Assembly: GCA_963732385.1 (NCBI GenBank)
Contig: CAVSZB010000005.1
Coordinates: 236,790 to 300,789 of the forward strand
Length of the DNA stretch: 64,000 nucleotides
Origin: an uncultured bacterium
GTDB lineage: Bacteria > Krumholzibacteriota > Krumholzibacteriia > LZORAL124-64-63
Reading direction: 5' to 3'
Shown: piece by piece, positions 8,979-17,698 of the stretch
How positions within the stretch are numbered: the stretch's first letter is position 1
How the letters are laid out: every line of letters begins with the position of its first letter
Program-made: the position numbers and the translations under genes
Notes under the pieces: model-generated
The model's database searches: none
Told to the model about the DNA's origin: nothing
Seen by the model: only the letters and a program-made list of their open reading frames with translations

Positions 8979-10403
8979 ATGTCCGGCGCAGAGGTCCAGA
9001 TCACCCCCGGGATGCAGCGTTACATCGACAGCAACAACGAATACCTGGCCCGACGCGCCGCGTACATCCGCAACGTCGTCAAGAAGTGGAAGTTCGACAC
9101 CATCGCGGTCCACGGTCTCTATTCGGTCCAGGACGCCATCGAGGACTACCAAGGATCGATCATCGAGCCCATCTTCCTGTCGACCTCGCAGGCCTACCGC
9201 GATTCCGACGAGATGGCGGCGGCGCTGGCCTACCTGATCCCGACCTGGTGCTACTCGCGCATCGCCAACCCGTCCACCTACTACTACGAGTGGGCGCTGG
9301 CCCTGCTCGAAGGGTACGGCTTCGACGGCGAGACTTCGTGCTGCTCGACCTCGTCGGGGATGGCGGCCATCATGACGGCCGTGCAGCCGTTCCTGATGCA
9401 CATGAATCGCAATGTCTACGAGCCGCGCAACTTCCTGGCGACCGCCCAGTGCTACGGAGGCACCTTCCAGCAATTCAACGTCCGCCTGCAGCAGGAGCGC
9501 GACATCGAGTGCCGCTGGATCGAAAACCCGACGGACCTTGACGCCTGGGAATCGCGGATCGACAAGAACACACGCTTCCTGTACGGCGAGCTGCCGAGCA
9601 ACCCGCAGCAGGGCTTTTTCGACATCCGCGCGGTGGCCGACCTGGCGCACGCCCACAACCTGCCGCTGATCGTCGACAGCACCGTCGCTTCGCCGGCGCT
9701 GCTGAGGCCGATCTGCCATGGCGCCGACATCGTCGTGCAGTCGGCGACGAAGAGCCTCTCGTCGAGCGGCTTTGGCGTCTGTGGTGCGGTCATCGCCCGC
9801 AAAGGGCTGACGACGAACGTCCCGATCGACGCGCTCAGGGAGGATTTCTCGCTCTACATCAAGTACCTGCCCAACCGTGACTACGGCCCCAACCTGCACC
9901 CGATGCAGGCCATCCTGACGCTCAATGACATGCGTACGTTGCGCTCGAAGATGGACCTCATGAGCCGCAACACGCAGAAGGTGGCGGAGTGGCTGTCCGC
10001 TCACCCCTTCGTCGAGAACGTCGCCTATCTCGGACTCAAAAACCACCCGCTGCACGATCTGGCCAGCAAGTACATGTGGCTCGTGGACGCCGAGCACGAC
10101 GAAATGTACGGCAAACCGGTCAACCGCTACGGCCACCTGATGTCCTTCTGCGTCAAGGGCGGGGCGGAGCCGGCACGGAAGTTCTTCGATGGTCTGCAGC
10201 GCATCTGGCGGGCGACCGATCTGGGCCGCATCAAAAGCGTGGCCACGATCCCCGCCATCTCGACCCACCAGCAGCAGGGCGAGGAAGGCCGCAAGCTGGC
10301 GCAAATTGCGCCGAATCTGGTGCGCCTGTGCGTCGGCGGCGAGCACCCCGACGACACCATCGCCGACCTGGATCAGGCGCTGGCCGGGCTGCGGAAGAAA
10401 TAG
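8979..10403 (+). CDS. Cys/Met-metabolism PLP-dependent enzyme, divergent MetY/MetZ-like sulfhydrylase
   Basis: FDTIAVHG...RIANPST...SSGMAAI...GELPSNP...DSTVASP...SATKSLSSSG are trans-sulfuration family motifs, including the PLP Lys in SATKS. GGAGG sits 6 nt before ATG 8979. The gene is divergent from thrC. Confidence 0.7.
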   Translation: MSGAEVQITPGMQRYIDSNNEYLARRAAYIRNVVKKWKFDTIAVHGLYSVQDAIEDYQGSIIEPIFLSTSQAYRDSDEMAAALAYLIPTWCYSRIANPSTYYYEWALALLEGYGFDGETSCCSTSSGMAAIMTAVQPFLMHMNRNVYEPRNFLATAQCYGGTFQQFNVRLQQERDIECRWIENPTDLDAWESRIDKNTRFLYGELPSNPQQGFFDIRAVADLAHAHNLPLIVDSTVASPALLRPICHGADIVVQSATKSLSSSGFGVCGAVIARKGLTTNVPIDALREDFSLYIKYLPNRDYGPNLHPMQAILTLNDMRTLRSKMDLMSRNTQKVAEWLSAHPFVENVAYLGLKNHPLHDLASKYMWLVDAEHDEMYGKPVNRYGHLMSFCVKGGAEPARKFFDGLQRIWRATDLGRIKSVATIPAISTHQQQGEEGRKLAQIAPNLVRLCVGGEHPDDTIADLDQALAGLRKK

Positions 10404-10414
10404 CGGGGGCGCGC

Positions 10415-11602
10415 TCAGGTCTCGAGAAACGTCGCCATGAGCCGGTGGCCCTCCCGGATCCAGTAACCGCCGCGATCAGCCGCCGCCTCCGTGAACGGAA
10501 CCTTCTCCCGGGCGACGATCCCCGTGCCCGCGAAGGCGAACAACGGGGGCTCGGCCGAGTGGCCCCTGGTCGCGCACAGGGTCGGATGGTCCACGGCCAC
10601 GAGCATCCGCCACTCGCCGCCGGCCTGCAGCCTGCGCAGCAGGGGGCCGACGACCAGCTCATCGATGCGCTCGAGCGCCTTCACCTTCTCGAACGGGTTT
10701 CCCATGTGCGCCGACTCGTCGGCGGCTTCGACGTGGACGACTATCAGGTCGAACTCGTCGAGCGCCCGCACCGCCATCTCACCCTTGCCCGCGTAGTTGG
10801 TATCGATGTAGCCGGTCGCGCCCGGCACCTCGATGACCTGCATGTCCATCAGCCGCGCGAAACCGCGCAGGATGTCCACGCCGGTGATGACCGCCCCCCG
10901 CAGTCCGAAGCGGTCGGCGAAGGACTCGAAATGGACCGGGCGGCCCTGTCCCCACAACCAGATGTCCGTGACCGGAGACAATCCCTGCGCGCGTCGCGCG
11001 TGGTTCACCGCGTGGCCGGCGAGCAGGGCGCGCGCCCGCTCCGTGATGCGCGCGATCCGGTCCACCCCCGTTCCTTCCGGTCGATGCGCCGCCACCGGCT
11101 GGTCGATTATGTCGTGCGGCGGGGCGCAGTGAAGCTGCAGATCGGCGGCATCGGCGAGCAGCAGGAGATTGCGGTAGGTGACACCGGCGTGGAACTCGCA
11201 GCCCTCCGCCGCCAGCGCGGCGTCGAGGTCGGCGATCAGCGCGTCCGTCTCCTCCTGCCGGATGTGGCCGGCGGTGTTGTCCTTCATGAGCCCGTCGAGG
11301 ATGGTGACGAAGTTGCAGCGGAAGATCAGCTGGTCGGGCCGCGCAGAGAGTCCTTTGGCCGCCGCCTCGATGGGCGCGCGCCCCGAGTAGTAGAGGTGAG
11401 GGTCGTAACCGAGCACCGAGAGCGTGCCCACATCGGTGCCGGGCGTGAAGCCGGCGGGGATGGTGATGATGCGCCCGGCGCGGCCGCGTTCAGCGACCCA
11501 ATTCATGTGGGGGATGCGGGCGGCTTGCAGCGGCGTGCGGCCGTCGAGCTCGGGGAGCGCTTCGTCGGCCGCGCCGTCGGGCAGGACAATAACGTATTTC
11601 AT
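10415..11602 (-). CDS. Cofactor-independent phosphoglycerate mutase family protein (ApgM-type metalloenzyme superfamily)
   Basis: MKYVIVLPDGAADEALPELDGRTPLQAARIPHMNWVAERG...GTDVGTLSVLGYDP...VHVEAADESAHMG are characteristic ApgM motifs. Confidence 0.8.
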   Translation of the reverse strand: MKYVIVLPDGAADEALPELDGRTPLQAARIPHMNWVAERGRAGRIITIPAGFTPGTDVGTLSVLGYDPHLYYSGRAPIEAAAKGLSARPDQLIFRCNFVTILDGLMKDNTAGHIRQEETDALIADLDAALAAEGCEFHAGVTYRNLLLLADAADLQLHCAPPHDIIDQPVAAHRPEGTGVDRIARITERARALLAGHAVNHARRAQGLSPVTDIWLWGQGRPVHFESFADRFGLRGAVITGVDILRGFARLMDMQVIEVPGATGYIDTNYAGKGEMAVRALDEFDLIVVHVEAADESAHMGNPFEKVKALERIDELVVGPLLRRLQAGGEWRMLVAVDHPTLCATRGHSAEPPLFAFAGTGIVAREKVPFTEAAADRGGYWIREGHRLMATFLET

Positions 11603-11741
11603 CGGATTCAGGAGCCTCCAGGTTGGGATCACCGCTCGAGAGCGCAACGCAGAGCATATCAACCAGTCACGGTCCGGCCAAGCGGGAGCAGAAGGTTTCC
11701 GGGCTGCACGGTGAGCGGCCTTCGCGGAGTGCGGCCAGGCT

Positions 11742-13667
11742 TCATGGCCGCGGCACGCCCCCCTCGCCGGGCGCGGGACGCGGGAATTCGACCGGCGGCG
11801 GCTCGGGGGTGAAGTCCTCGCCGGGGTTGATGAAGAGGTTGCGCTCGAATCCGTACTGCTTGTCGTGCAGCTGGCGGTAACGGCCGCCGCGCGCCAGCAG
11901 CTCCGCGTGCGTGCCGCGCTCGACGATCTCGCCCTGCTCCAGTACGAGGATCTGGTCGGCGCTCCGGATCGTCGACAGCCGGTGCGCGATCACGAAGGTG
12001 GTGCGACCCCGCCGCAACGAGTGCAGCCCGTCCTGGATCAGCGCCTCGCTCTCGCTGTCGAGACTCGACGTGGCCTCGTCCAGGATCAGGATACGCGGGT
12101 CGGCGAGGATGGCGCGCGCGATGGCGATGCGCTGCCGCTGTCCGCCCGACAGCTTGATGCCCCGCTCGCCCACCACCGTGTCATAGCCGTCGGCGAACGC
12201 CTCCACGAACTCGGCGCAGTGCGCGATCCGGCTCACGGTGCGGATCTCTTCGGGTGTGGCGCCGGGCCGCGCGAAGCTGATGTTCTCGGCGATCGTACCG
12301 TCGAAGAGGAAATTGTCCTGCAGCACGACGCCCAGATGCGCGCGATAATCGCGCAGGCGGATCGTGGCCAGGTCCCGCCCGTCCACCAGCACCCGCCCCT
12401 GCTCCGGCCGGTGGAAGGCCATCACCAGCCCGACCAGCGTGCTCTTGCCTGAGCCGCTCGAGCCGACGAGCGCCGTGGTCGAACCGGCCGGCGCGCGGAA
12501 CGACATCTGCTTCAACACCGGCGTCCCCTCGACGTACGCGAAGCCGACGCCCGCGAACTCCACCTCGCCGCGCAGGACCGGCAGCGGCACGCGATCGCCG
12601 TCCGCTGCGTCCTCCGTCGCCATGGCGCGGATCTCGCGGATGCGGTCGAGCCCCGCGAAAGCCTCGCTGATCTGGGTGCCGATGGCGGCGATCTGGACCA
12701 GCGGCGTCGCCACCATCCCGGTGAAGAAGATGTACATGATGAAATCGCCAAGGGTCATGGTCCCGGCCAGGATCGCCCGGCCTCCAACCACGATCATCAG
12801 CACGCCGATGCAACCGACAACCACGCTCGAACCGGCCGTGATGAGCGAGAACCCGGTGATCGTCCGGGCGATGCTGCGGAACAGGCGGTGCACGCCGCGG
12901 GCGAAGACCAGGCGCTCGCGCCGCTCGGCCGTGTACGCCTTGACGATGCGCACCCCGCCCAGCGACTCCGCCAGCCGACCCGTCACCTCGGCGTTGATCC
13001 GGCTGCGCTCGCGGAACAGCGGCCGCAGGCGCGTGAACGCCACCGACATGCCGACGCCGAACAGCGCGAGCACGGTCAGGGTGATGCTCGTGAGTCGCCA
13101 GTTGAGAGTGAACAGCACGACCAGAGCGAGGGACGCGGTCACGAGCCCGCCGGCCAGCTGCACCAGGCCGGTGCCGACCAGGTTGCGCAGACCCTCGGCG
13201 TCGCTCATGATGCGCGAGATCAGTTCGCCGGTCCGGGTGGAGTCGAAGAAGCTCACCGGCAGCCGCAGCACGTGCGTCTCGACGGTCCGGCGCATGTCAG
13301 TGATGGCCCGCTGCGCCGCCACGCCCAGCACCTGCGACAGGGTGAACGACGACGCGGCCTGCACCAGCGTGGCCCCGCCCGCCGCGAGCGCCAGGGTCCC
13401 GAGCAGATCGGCGCGGTGCTTGCCCACGACCTCGTCGACGAGATACTTCGAGGTCGCCGGCAGCACCATCCCGGCCAGCCGGTTGACGATCATGAGGCCG
13501 AACCCGATCGCGAGCCGCCGCCGGTGCGTCCAGATCAGCGCGCGCGACTCGCGCCAGACGACGGCGGCGCCGGGACGCGGCCGCCTGGTGTCGGCTCCGC
13601 CCGTCCCCGCGCCGCCCCGCATCGCCCCGCGCGCCTGGTGGCGCCCATCGAGTCGGTTCCAGTGCAC
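11742..13667 (-). CDS. ABC exporter, fused permease + ATPase (MsbA/ABCB-like)
   Basis: A six-TM region is followed by Walker A GSSGSGKST, signature LSGGQRQR and Walker B ILILDEATS. GTG 13667 has AGGGAG 6 nt upstream. Confidence 0.85.
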   Translation of the reverse strand: MHWNRLDGRHQARGAMRGGAGTGGADTRRPRPGAAVVWRESRALIWTHRRRLAIGFGLMIVNRLAGMVLPATSKYLVDEVVGKHRADLLGTLALAAGGATLVQAASSFTLSQVLGVAAQRAITDMRRTVETHVLRLPVSFFDSTRTGELISRIMSDAEGLRNLVGTGLVQLAGGLVTASLALVVLFTLNWRLTSITLTVLALFGVGMSVAFTRLRPLFRERSRINAEVTGRLAESLGGVRIVKAYTAERRERLVFARGVHRLFRSIARTITGFSLITAGSSVVVGCIGVLMIVVGGRAILAGTMTLGDFIMYIFFTGMVATPLVQIAAIGTQISEAFAGLDRIREIRAMATEDAADGDRVPLPVLRGEVEFAGVGFAYVEGTPVLKQMSFRAPAGSTTALVGSSGSGKSTLVGLVMAFHRPEQGRVLVDGRDLATIRLRDYRAHLGVVLQDNFLFDGTIAENISFARPGATPEEIRTVSRIAHCAEFVEAFADGYDTVVGERGIKLSGGQRQRIAIARAILADPRILILDEATSSLDSESEALIQDGLHSLRRGRTTFVIAHRLSTIRSADQILVLEQGEIVERGTHAELLARGGRYRQLHDKQYGFERNLFINPGEDFTPEPPPVEFPRPAPGEGGVPRP

Positions 13668-13778
13668 GCGCGGCTCCCTGACCAGTCTGGCATCTCATCA
13701 GCCGGAAGCTGACAGGTTACCTCCGGTCCGGCCACGGCGCACGCACCAGTTCCGACCGCCGGGAGAACTGCCGGCCCG

Positions 13779-15215
13779 CTACTCCGTCGACGCCGGCTCC
13801 CGAATCCGCGCCAACGCCTCCTTGCCGCTCGGACTTTCGGGGTTGAGCCGCAGCGACTCCTCGTACATCCTGACGGCGGCGGCGGTGTCGCCCGCCTTCA
13901 GCAACGCCTCGCCAAGACTATCGTAGACATTCCATGATTCGGGAAACAGCTCCACGTTGACCCTGAACAGCGCGATGGCCTGCGGCAGCCTGTCTGCCTG
14001 GAAGAAGCGATAGCCACTGGCGTTCAGCTCGGACTCCATGAAGTAGTACTTCGACGGCTTAGCGTCGCGCCCGGCGAGAACCTGACGGATCGCGCTCTCA
14101 TCGGCTCCCTCGTCGATCAGGTCGTAGAGCCGGCTCGCGGCGGATTCCTGCCCGGTCACGGCGCTCCAGATCCCGAGAATGGACATGTAATTGTTGTTCC
14201 GGTTGAAGCCGGGGCTCGTGGCCAGTTCCGGGAACCGTGTATCGAGGCGATACTCCGTCTGCAGGTCCGCCAGGCTCTTGCCCTCTCTGAATCCTCTGTT
14301 GACCCCGTCCCAGAGCGTCCTGACGTAATTGACCCTGGCCTCGAAGCCGGCGAAGGACAGCTCGCCGTTCCAGTGGCCCGGCACGAGCTTGCGGATGGCG
14401 TCCTTCTTCGCCAGCAGGAGGTCCCAGTTCTCGAGCAACAGCGGAAAATCGTGGCGGATGCCGGGGCGGGCCATGAAGGAGGCCAGGCAGCCCGGCGTGT
14501 CGGTGAGCCAGACGTCGGCCATCGTGTCGCCCGTCATCAGCAGGCCGTGCTTCGGCACGAAGACGGCGATGTCGTCCGGGGAATGCATGCCGCCGATGTA
14601 GTACAGTTCGAACGCGGTGGAGCCCAGGTTCAGCTTCAGGCGATCCGCGAACGTCTTCGTGGGGGGGTATTTCTTCCCGTCCGCCTGTCTGACCTCGAGG
14701 CTCAGGCGGCTCAGCGCCAGCTCCTCCCGCAGGCGCGCGGCCGTGGGCGATTCGTCCGGCTCCTTTTGGAGGTCCCGCTCCAGCTCGGCAATGCGCGCGA
14801 TGTTCCACTCCATCATGCGCGGGAGATCCCCGGCCTGGGCGGCCATGCCCGCACCGACGAGTTCGTGCCCGACGATGGTGCAGTCGGCGTAGACCGAATT
14901 GCCCCCGGTGTGGTCGCCGTGCTCGTGCGTGTTGATGAGGATCTTGAAGTCGTTGCGGCCCAGTTCGCGGGCGATGATCCGGCGCAGTTCGCCGTCGACC
15001 CTGGGATTTCCGGTCGTGTCGATGACGAGAATGCCCTTGTCCGTCGCGATGGCCACCGTGGCTGTCGAGGAGATGTAGTCGCCGACCCAGACCCGAATCG
15101 CCCCCGGATCGAGCTTCTGGATATGCACCGGCAGGCCCGCCACCTCCTCGGCGACGGCGCCCGAGGCCAGCAGAATCAACGCCACCGCAGTTACCAGACC
15201 AAGTCCCGCCTTCAT
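13779..15215 (-). CDS. Secreted metallo-beta-lactamase-fold protein with C-terminal TPR-like region
   Basis: Signal peptide MKAGLGLVTAVALILLASGAVA, metal motif THEHGDHTGGN, and a TPR-like C-terminal tail (AIALFRVNVELFPESWNVYDSLGEALLKAGD). GGAGG RBS precedes ATG 15215. Confidence 0.75.
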   Translation of the reverse strand: MKAGLGLVTAVALILLASGAVAEEVAGLPVHIQKLDPGAIRVWVGDYISSTATVAIATDKGILVIDTTGNPRVDGELRRIIARELGRNDFKILINTHEHGDHTGGNSVYADCTIVGHELVGAGMAAQAGDLPRMMEWNIARIAELERDLQKEPDESPTAARLREELALSRLSLEVRQADGKKYPPTKTFADRLKLNLGSTAFELYYIGGMHSPDDIAVFVPKHGLLMTGDTMADVWLTDTPGCLASFMARPGIRHDFPLLLENWDLLLAKKDAIRKLVPGHWNGELSFAGFEARVNYVRTLWDGVNRGFREGKSLADLQTEYRLDTRFPELATSPGFNRNNNYMSILGIWSAVTGQESAASRLYDLIDEGADESAIRQVLAGRDAKPSKYYFMESELNASGYRFFQADRLPQAIALFRVNVELFPESWNVYDSLGEALLKAGDTAAAVRMYEESLRLNPESPSGKEALARIREPASTE

Positions 15216-15348
15216 GATGAATCCTCCCCTTGTGGGTATCCCCCGCAAGCGGCCCCTGGCGCCGGCTTCGTCAGGACCGCGCAACCCGAAGTTGACAATG
15301 TGGATCCATACGGGCCGGAGGCGGAGGATGTTCCAGCGACAGCTCGCC

Positions 15349-16671
15349 CTACGGCGAGATCTCGTAGGCCGCGACCGTGTTGGCCAGGAAGGTCGGGATC
15401 AGCAGCAGCCGGCGATCCGGCAGGTATTCGAAATCCGCGGTGTTGCGCTGCGCGGGCAGGAGGTCCAGCAGCTCGGTCAGGCGGCCGTCGGCGTCAAGAT
15501 GGAACAGCTGGCCTTCCCAGAGCGACACCAGCACGCCGCCCCGACCGTCGCTGCGGAGGCCGTCCACCACGCCGGCGCCCAGGCCGATCACGGTTCGCAC
15601 GGCCCTCGACTCGAGGTTCACGGCCATGAGGCGCCCGCCCTGGGTGCTGCCGACCAACAGATCTTCGCCGTCCACGAGCAGGCCGTTGGCCCGGCCCACG
15701 TCAGAAGCGATCAGCCAGGGCGTGAGGTCCCGCCCCGAGAGTCGCCAGACCGACACCGCGGGCGGCGCGAGACTCGGCCGGGTGTCTGAGACATAGACCC
15801 GACCCTGCGCGTCGATGGCCACATCGTTCAGAAACACGGCGTCCGGAATGGGATGCAGCTCCGCGACGACGCCACGCGAAATGTCGATCTCCGCGACCCC
15901 TTCACGCACGGCCACAAAGAGACGGTCGTCCCGGATGGCCATGCCGCAGGGGGCGCGCAGCCCCGTGATCCACTGCGCGTCGAGCAGGACCCCGTCGAGC
16001 CCCAGCCGTGAGATATACCCGGTCGGCAGGTCGCGCTGCTCGTACTGGTTGTCGAAGCTGCTCACGTAGAGCACGCCGCGCGCGGCGTCGCGGAGCACCG
16101 ATTCGGGGGTGAGGAAGATCGCGGGAGTTTCCCACGTTGCCCGACAGACGCCGGCGGTGCGATGTGGCGACGGCAACGGTCGATCGGCATCGACCCGAAA
16201 TCCCCAGCCGGTCGGCGCCGACCAGACCTTCAGCAGGATCTCGTTGCGCCCCGGCCGCAGCGACAGGTCGTAGCCGCCCGGGTCGCGCGCCGGCGGCACG
16301 AGAACACCGTTGAGGAAGAGTCGCAGGGCGCCGCTTGCCGCCAGGTCTAGTCGCAGTCCCTGAACCGAATCGACCTGGGCAAGCGTGCGCACCATGGCGC
16401 AGAGCGAGTCGCCCGGGACCGCGTCGAGCAAAGCCGCCAGATCGACCCAGCCATCATCGCGCGCCACGACATCCCGCCACCCGGCCAGGAACACGGCGTA
16501 GAAGCGCGGATAGTCGACCGGCGAGACCCGGGCCGCAGGGTAGGCCCGCGACGAGGACCAGTTCGTGACCGACGCCGCGCGAGCGGAGCCGGCCGACCCG
16601 AGGACGAGGAACCACAGCGACGCGGCCACAACGCCGCCGCGCCGAACCGCCGCGGCAGAACCGGTGAACAT
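15349..16671 (-). CDS. Secreted protein; the C-terminal ~300 aa are beta-propeller-like (SMP-30/gluconolactonase/LRE- or NHL-like)
   Basis: Signal peptide MFTGSAAAVRRGGVVAASLWFLVLGSAGSARA, with GGGAGG RBS before ATG 16671. Repeated strands of the type LYVSS / LFVAV / VYVSD / LLVGS are present. The family call is tentative. Confidence 0.55.
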   Translation of the reverse strand: MFTGSAAAVRRGGVVAASLWFLVLGSAGSARAASVTNWSSSRAYPAARVSPVDYPRFYAVFLAGWRDVVARDDGWVDLAALLDAVPGDSLCAMVRTLAQVDSVQGLRLDLAASGALRLFLNGVLVPPARDPGGYDLSLRPGRNEILLKVWSAPTGWGFRVDADRPLPSPHRTAGVCRATWETPAIFLTPESVLRDAARGVLYVSSFDNQYEQRDLPTGYISRLGLDGVLLDAQWITGLRAPCGMAIRDDRLFVAVREGVAEIDISRGVVAELHPIPDAVFLNDVAIDAQGRVYVSDTRPSLAPPAVSVWRLSGRDLTPWLIASDVGRANGLLVDGEDLLVGSTQGGRLMAVNLESRAVRTVIGLGAGVVDGLRSDGRGGVLVSLWEGQLFHLDADGRLTELLDLLPAQRNTADFEYLPDRRLLLIPTFLANTVAAYEISP

Positions 16672-16792
16672 GAAGGCACCTCCCGGCGACCAGGGAATCA
16701 ACGCTCTACGCGGGCCGGTCCGCACGGGTTTCGCGGCGCCAGTCGCGGGCCGGCATCCGCAAGCGCTGCGCAGATCTTGCAATTTGTGAGCG

Positions 16793-16823
16793 AAAAAAGC
16801 CCCGGCCGCATGGCGATCGGGGC
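16793..16823 (-). terminator. Intrinsic terminator after the choice-of-anchor-like gene
   Basis: The minus strand reads GCCCCG-loop-CGGGGC followed by TTTTTT. It lies 44 nt downstream of the stop at 16867. Confidence 0.5.
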
Positions 16824-16866
16824 CTTCGACGATTCCATCCTGACCCGTTACGGGCTGGCGTCCGTC

Positions 16867-17514
16867 TTAGCGGCGGAAGAGAGACTTCACGCCGCCCCAG
16901 GTCAGATTCTCACTGGCCACCACGGAGGGAACGTACTCGTAGCACACCGTGACGGTCCAGCTGGCGTCGGTGTGCAGACCCGAGTGGGTCGTGCCGCCGT
17001 AGGCGCTGTAGCTGGTCCAGATCGTGGTCGCCACGTCCATGGGCAGGGTGGAGGTGCCCTGGAAGCCGGCGAAGCCGGTGTCGGCGGGAAGATAGGTTTC
17101 CGCTGCCGAAGCCGTATCGCTGTAGGGCACCGTGGCGCCGGAAGTGCCGGCGTAGTCCTCGACGCCGTCGAAGGCCGTCCGCGCAACGAACGGCGTGCTC
17201 ATCGTGCCCGCGTCGCCGACGAGGCTCACGCCCTGCAGCGCGGCGGCGAAGGTCCAGCTGTTCTCGAGAATCCGGTAGCCGCCCGTGCCGGTGCCCAGGT
17301 TCTCATAGTAGAAGTAGCCGTCCAGCGTGGCGGCGACCTGGATGGTCACATTCAGCAGTACACCCTTTACCGGGTCGAACTGCGGGATGTCCAGGGTGGC
17401 GTGGAGATCCGTCAATCCGCCGGCCGCGACGGTATGGATCTCGGTCTCCGCAAACACCACTGAGGAAGCCGCCAGAATAGCGGCAAAAGCGAGGATCGGT
17501 AGCAAGCGACGCAT
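16867..17514 (-). CDS. Small secreted protein resembling a choice-of-anchor-type domain, ending in WGGVKSLFRR
   Basis: Signal peptide MRRLLPILAFAAILAASSVVFA, with GAGG 7 nt before ATG 17514. IPQFDPVKGVLLNVTIQVAATLDGYFYYENLG is a pattern I associate with the choice-of-anchor E domain (this needs an HMM check). There is no TM or FlgD tail. Confidence 0.6.
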   Translation of the reverse strand: MRRLLPILAFAAILAASSVVFAETEIHTVAAGGLTDLHATLDIPQFDPVKGVLLNVTIQVAATLDGYFYYENLGTGTGGYRILENSWTFAAALQGVSLVGDAGTMSTPFVARTAFDGVEDYAGTSGATVPYSDTASAAETYLPADTGFAGFQGTSTLPMDVATTIWTSYSAYGGTTHSGLHTDASWTVTVCYEYVPSVVASENLTWGGVKSLFRR

Positions 17515-17698
17515 GTTGAACCTCATTTTGTTGAATAGGCGAGGAAATCAGGCAACATGACACGCTCATGCGTGGATGAGGCCGTTGATTATGCCACGTT
17601 CTCGACGATTGTCAATCCTGACTCCTCGCGGTGCGTATTCGGGGGTGTCCCTCCCGGAAACCCCTCCGATGGCGCCCACGTTCGGGGTTACCAACGAC

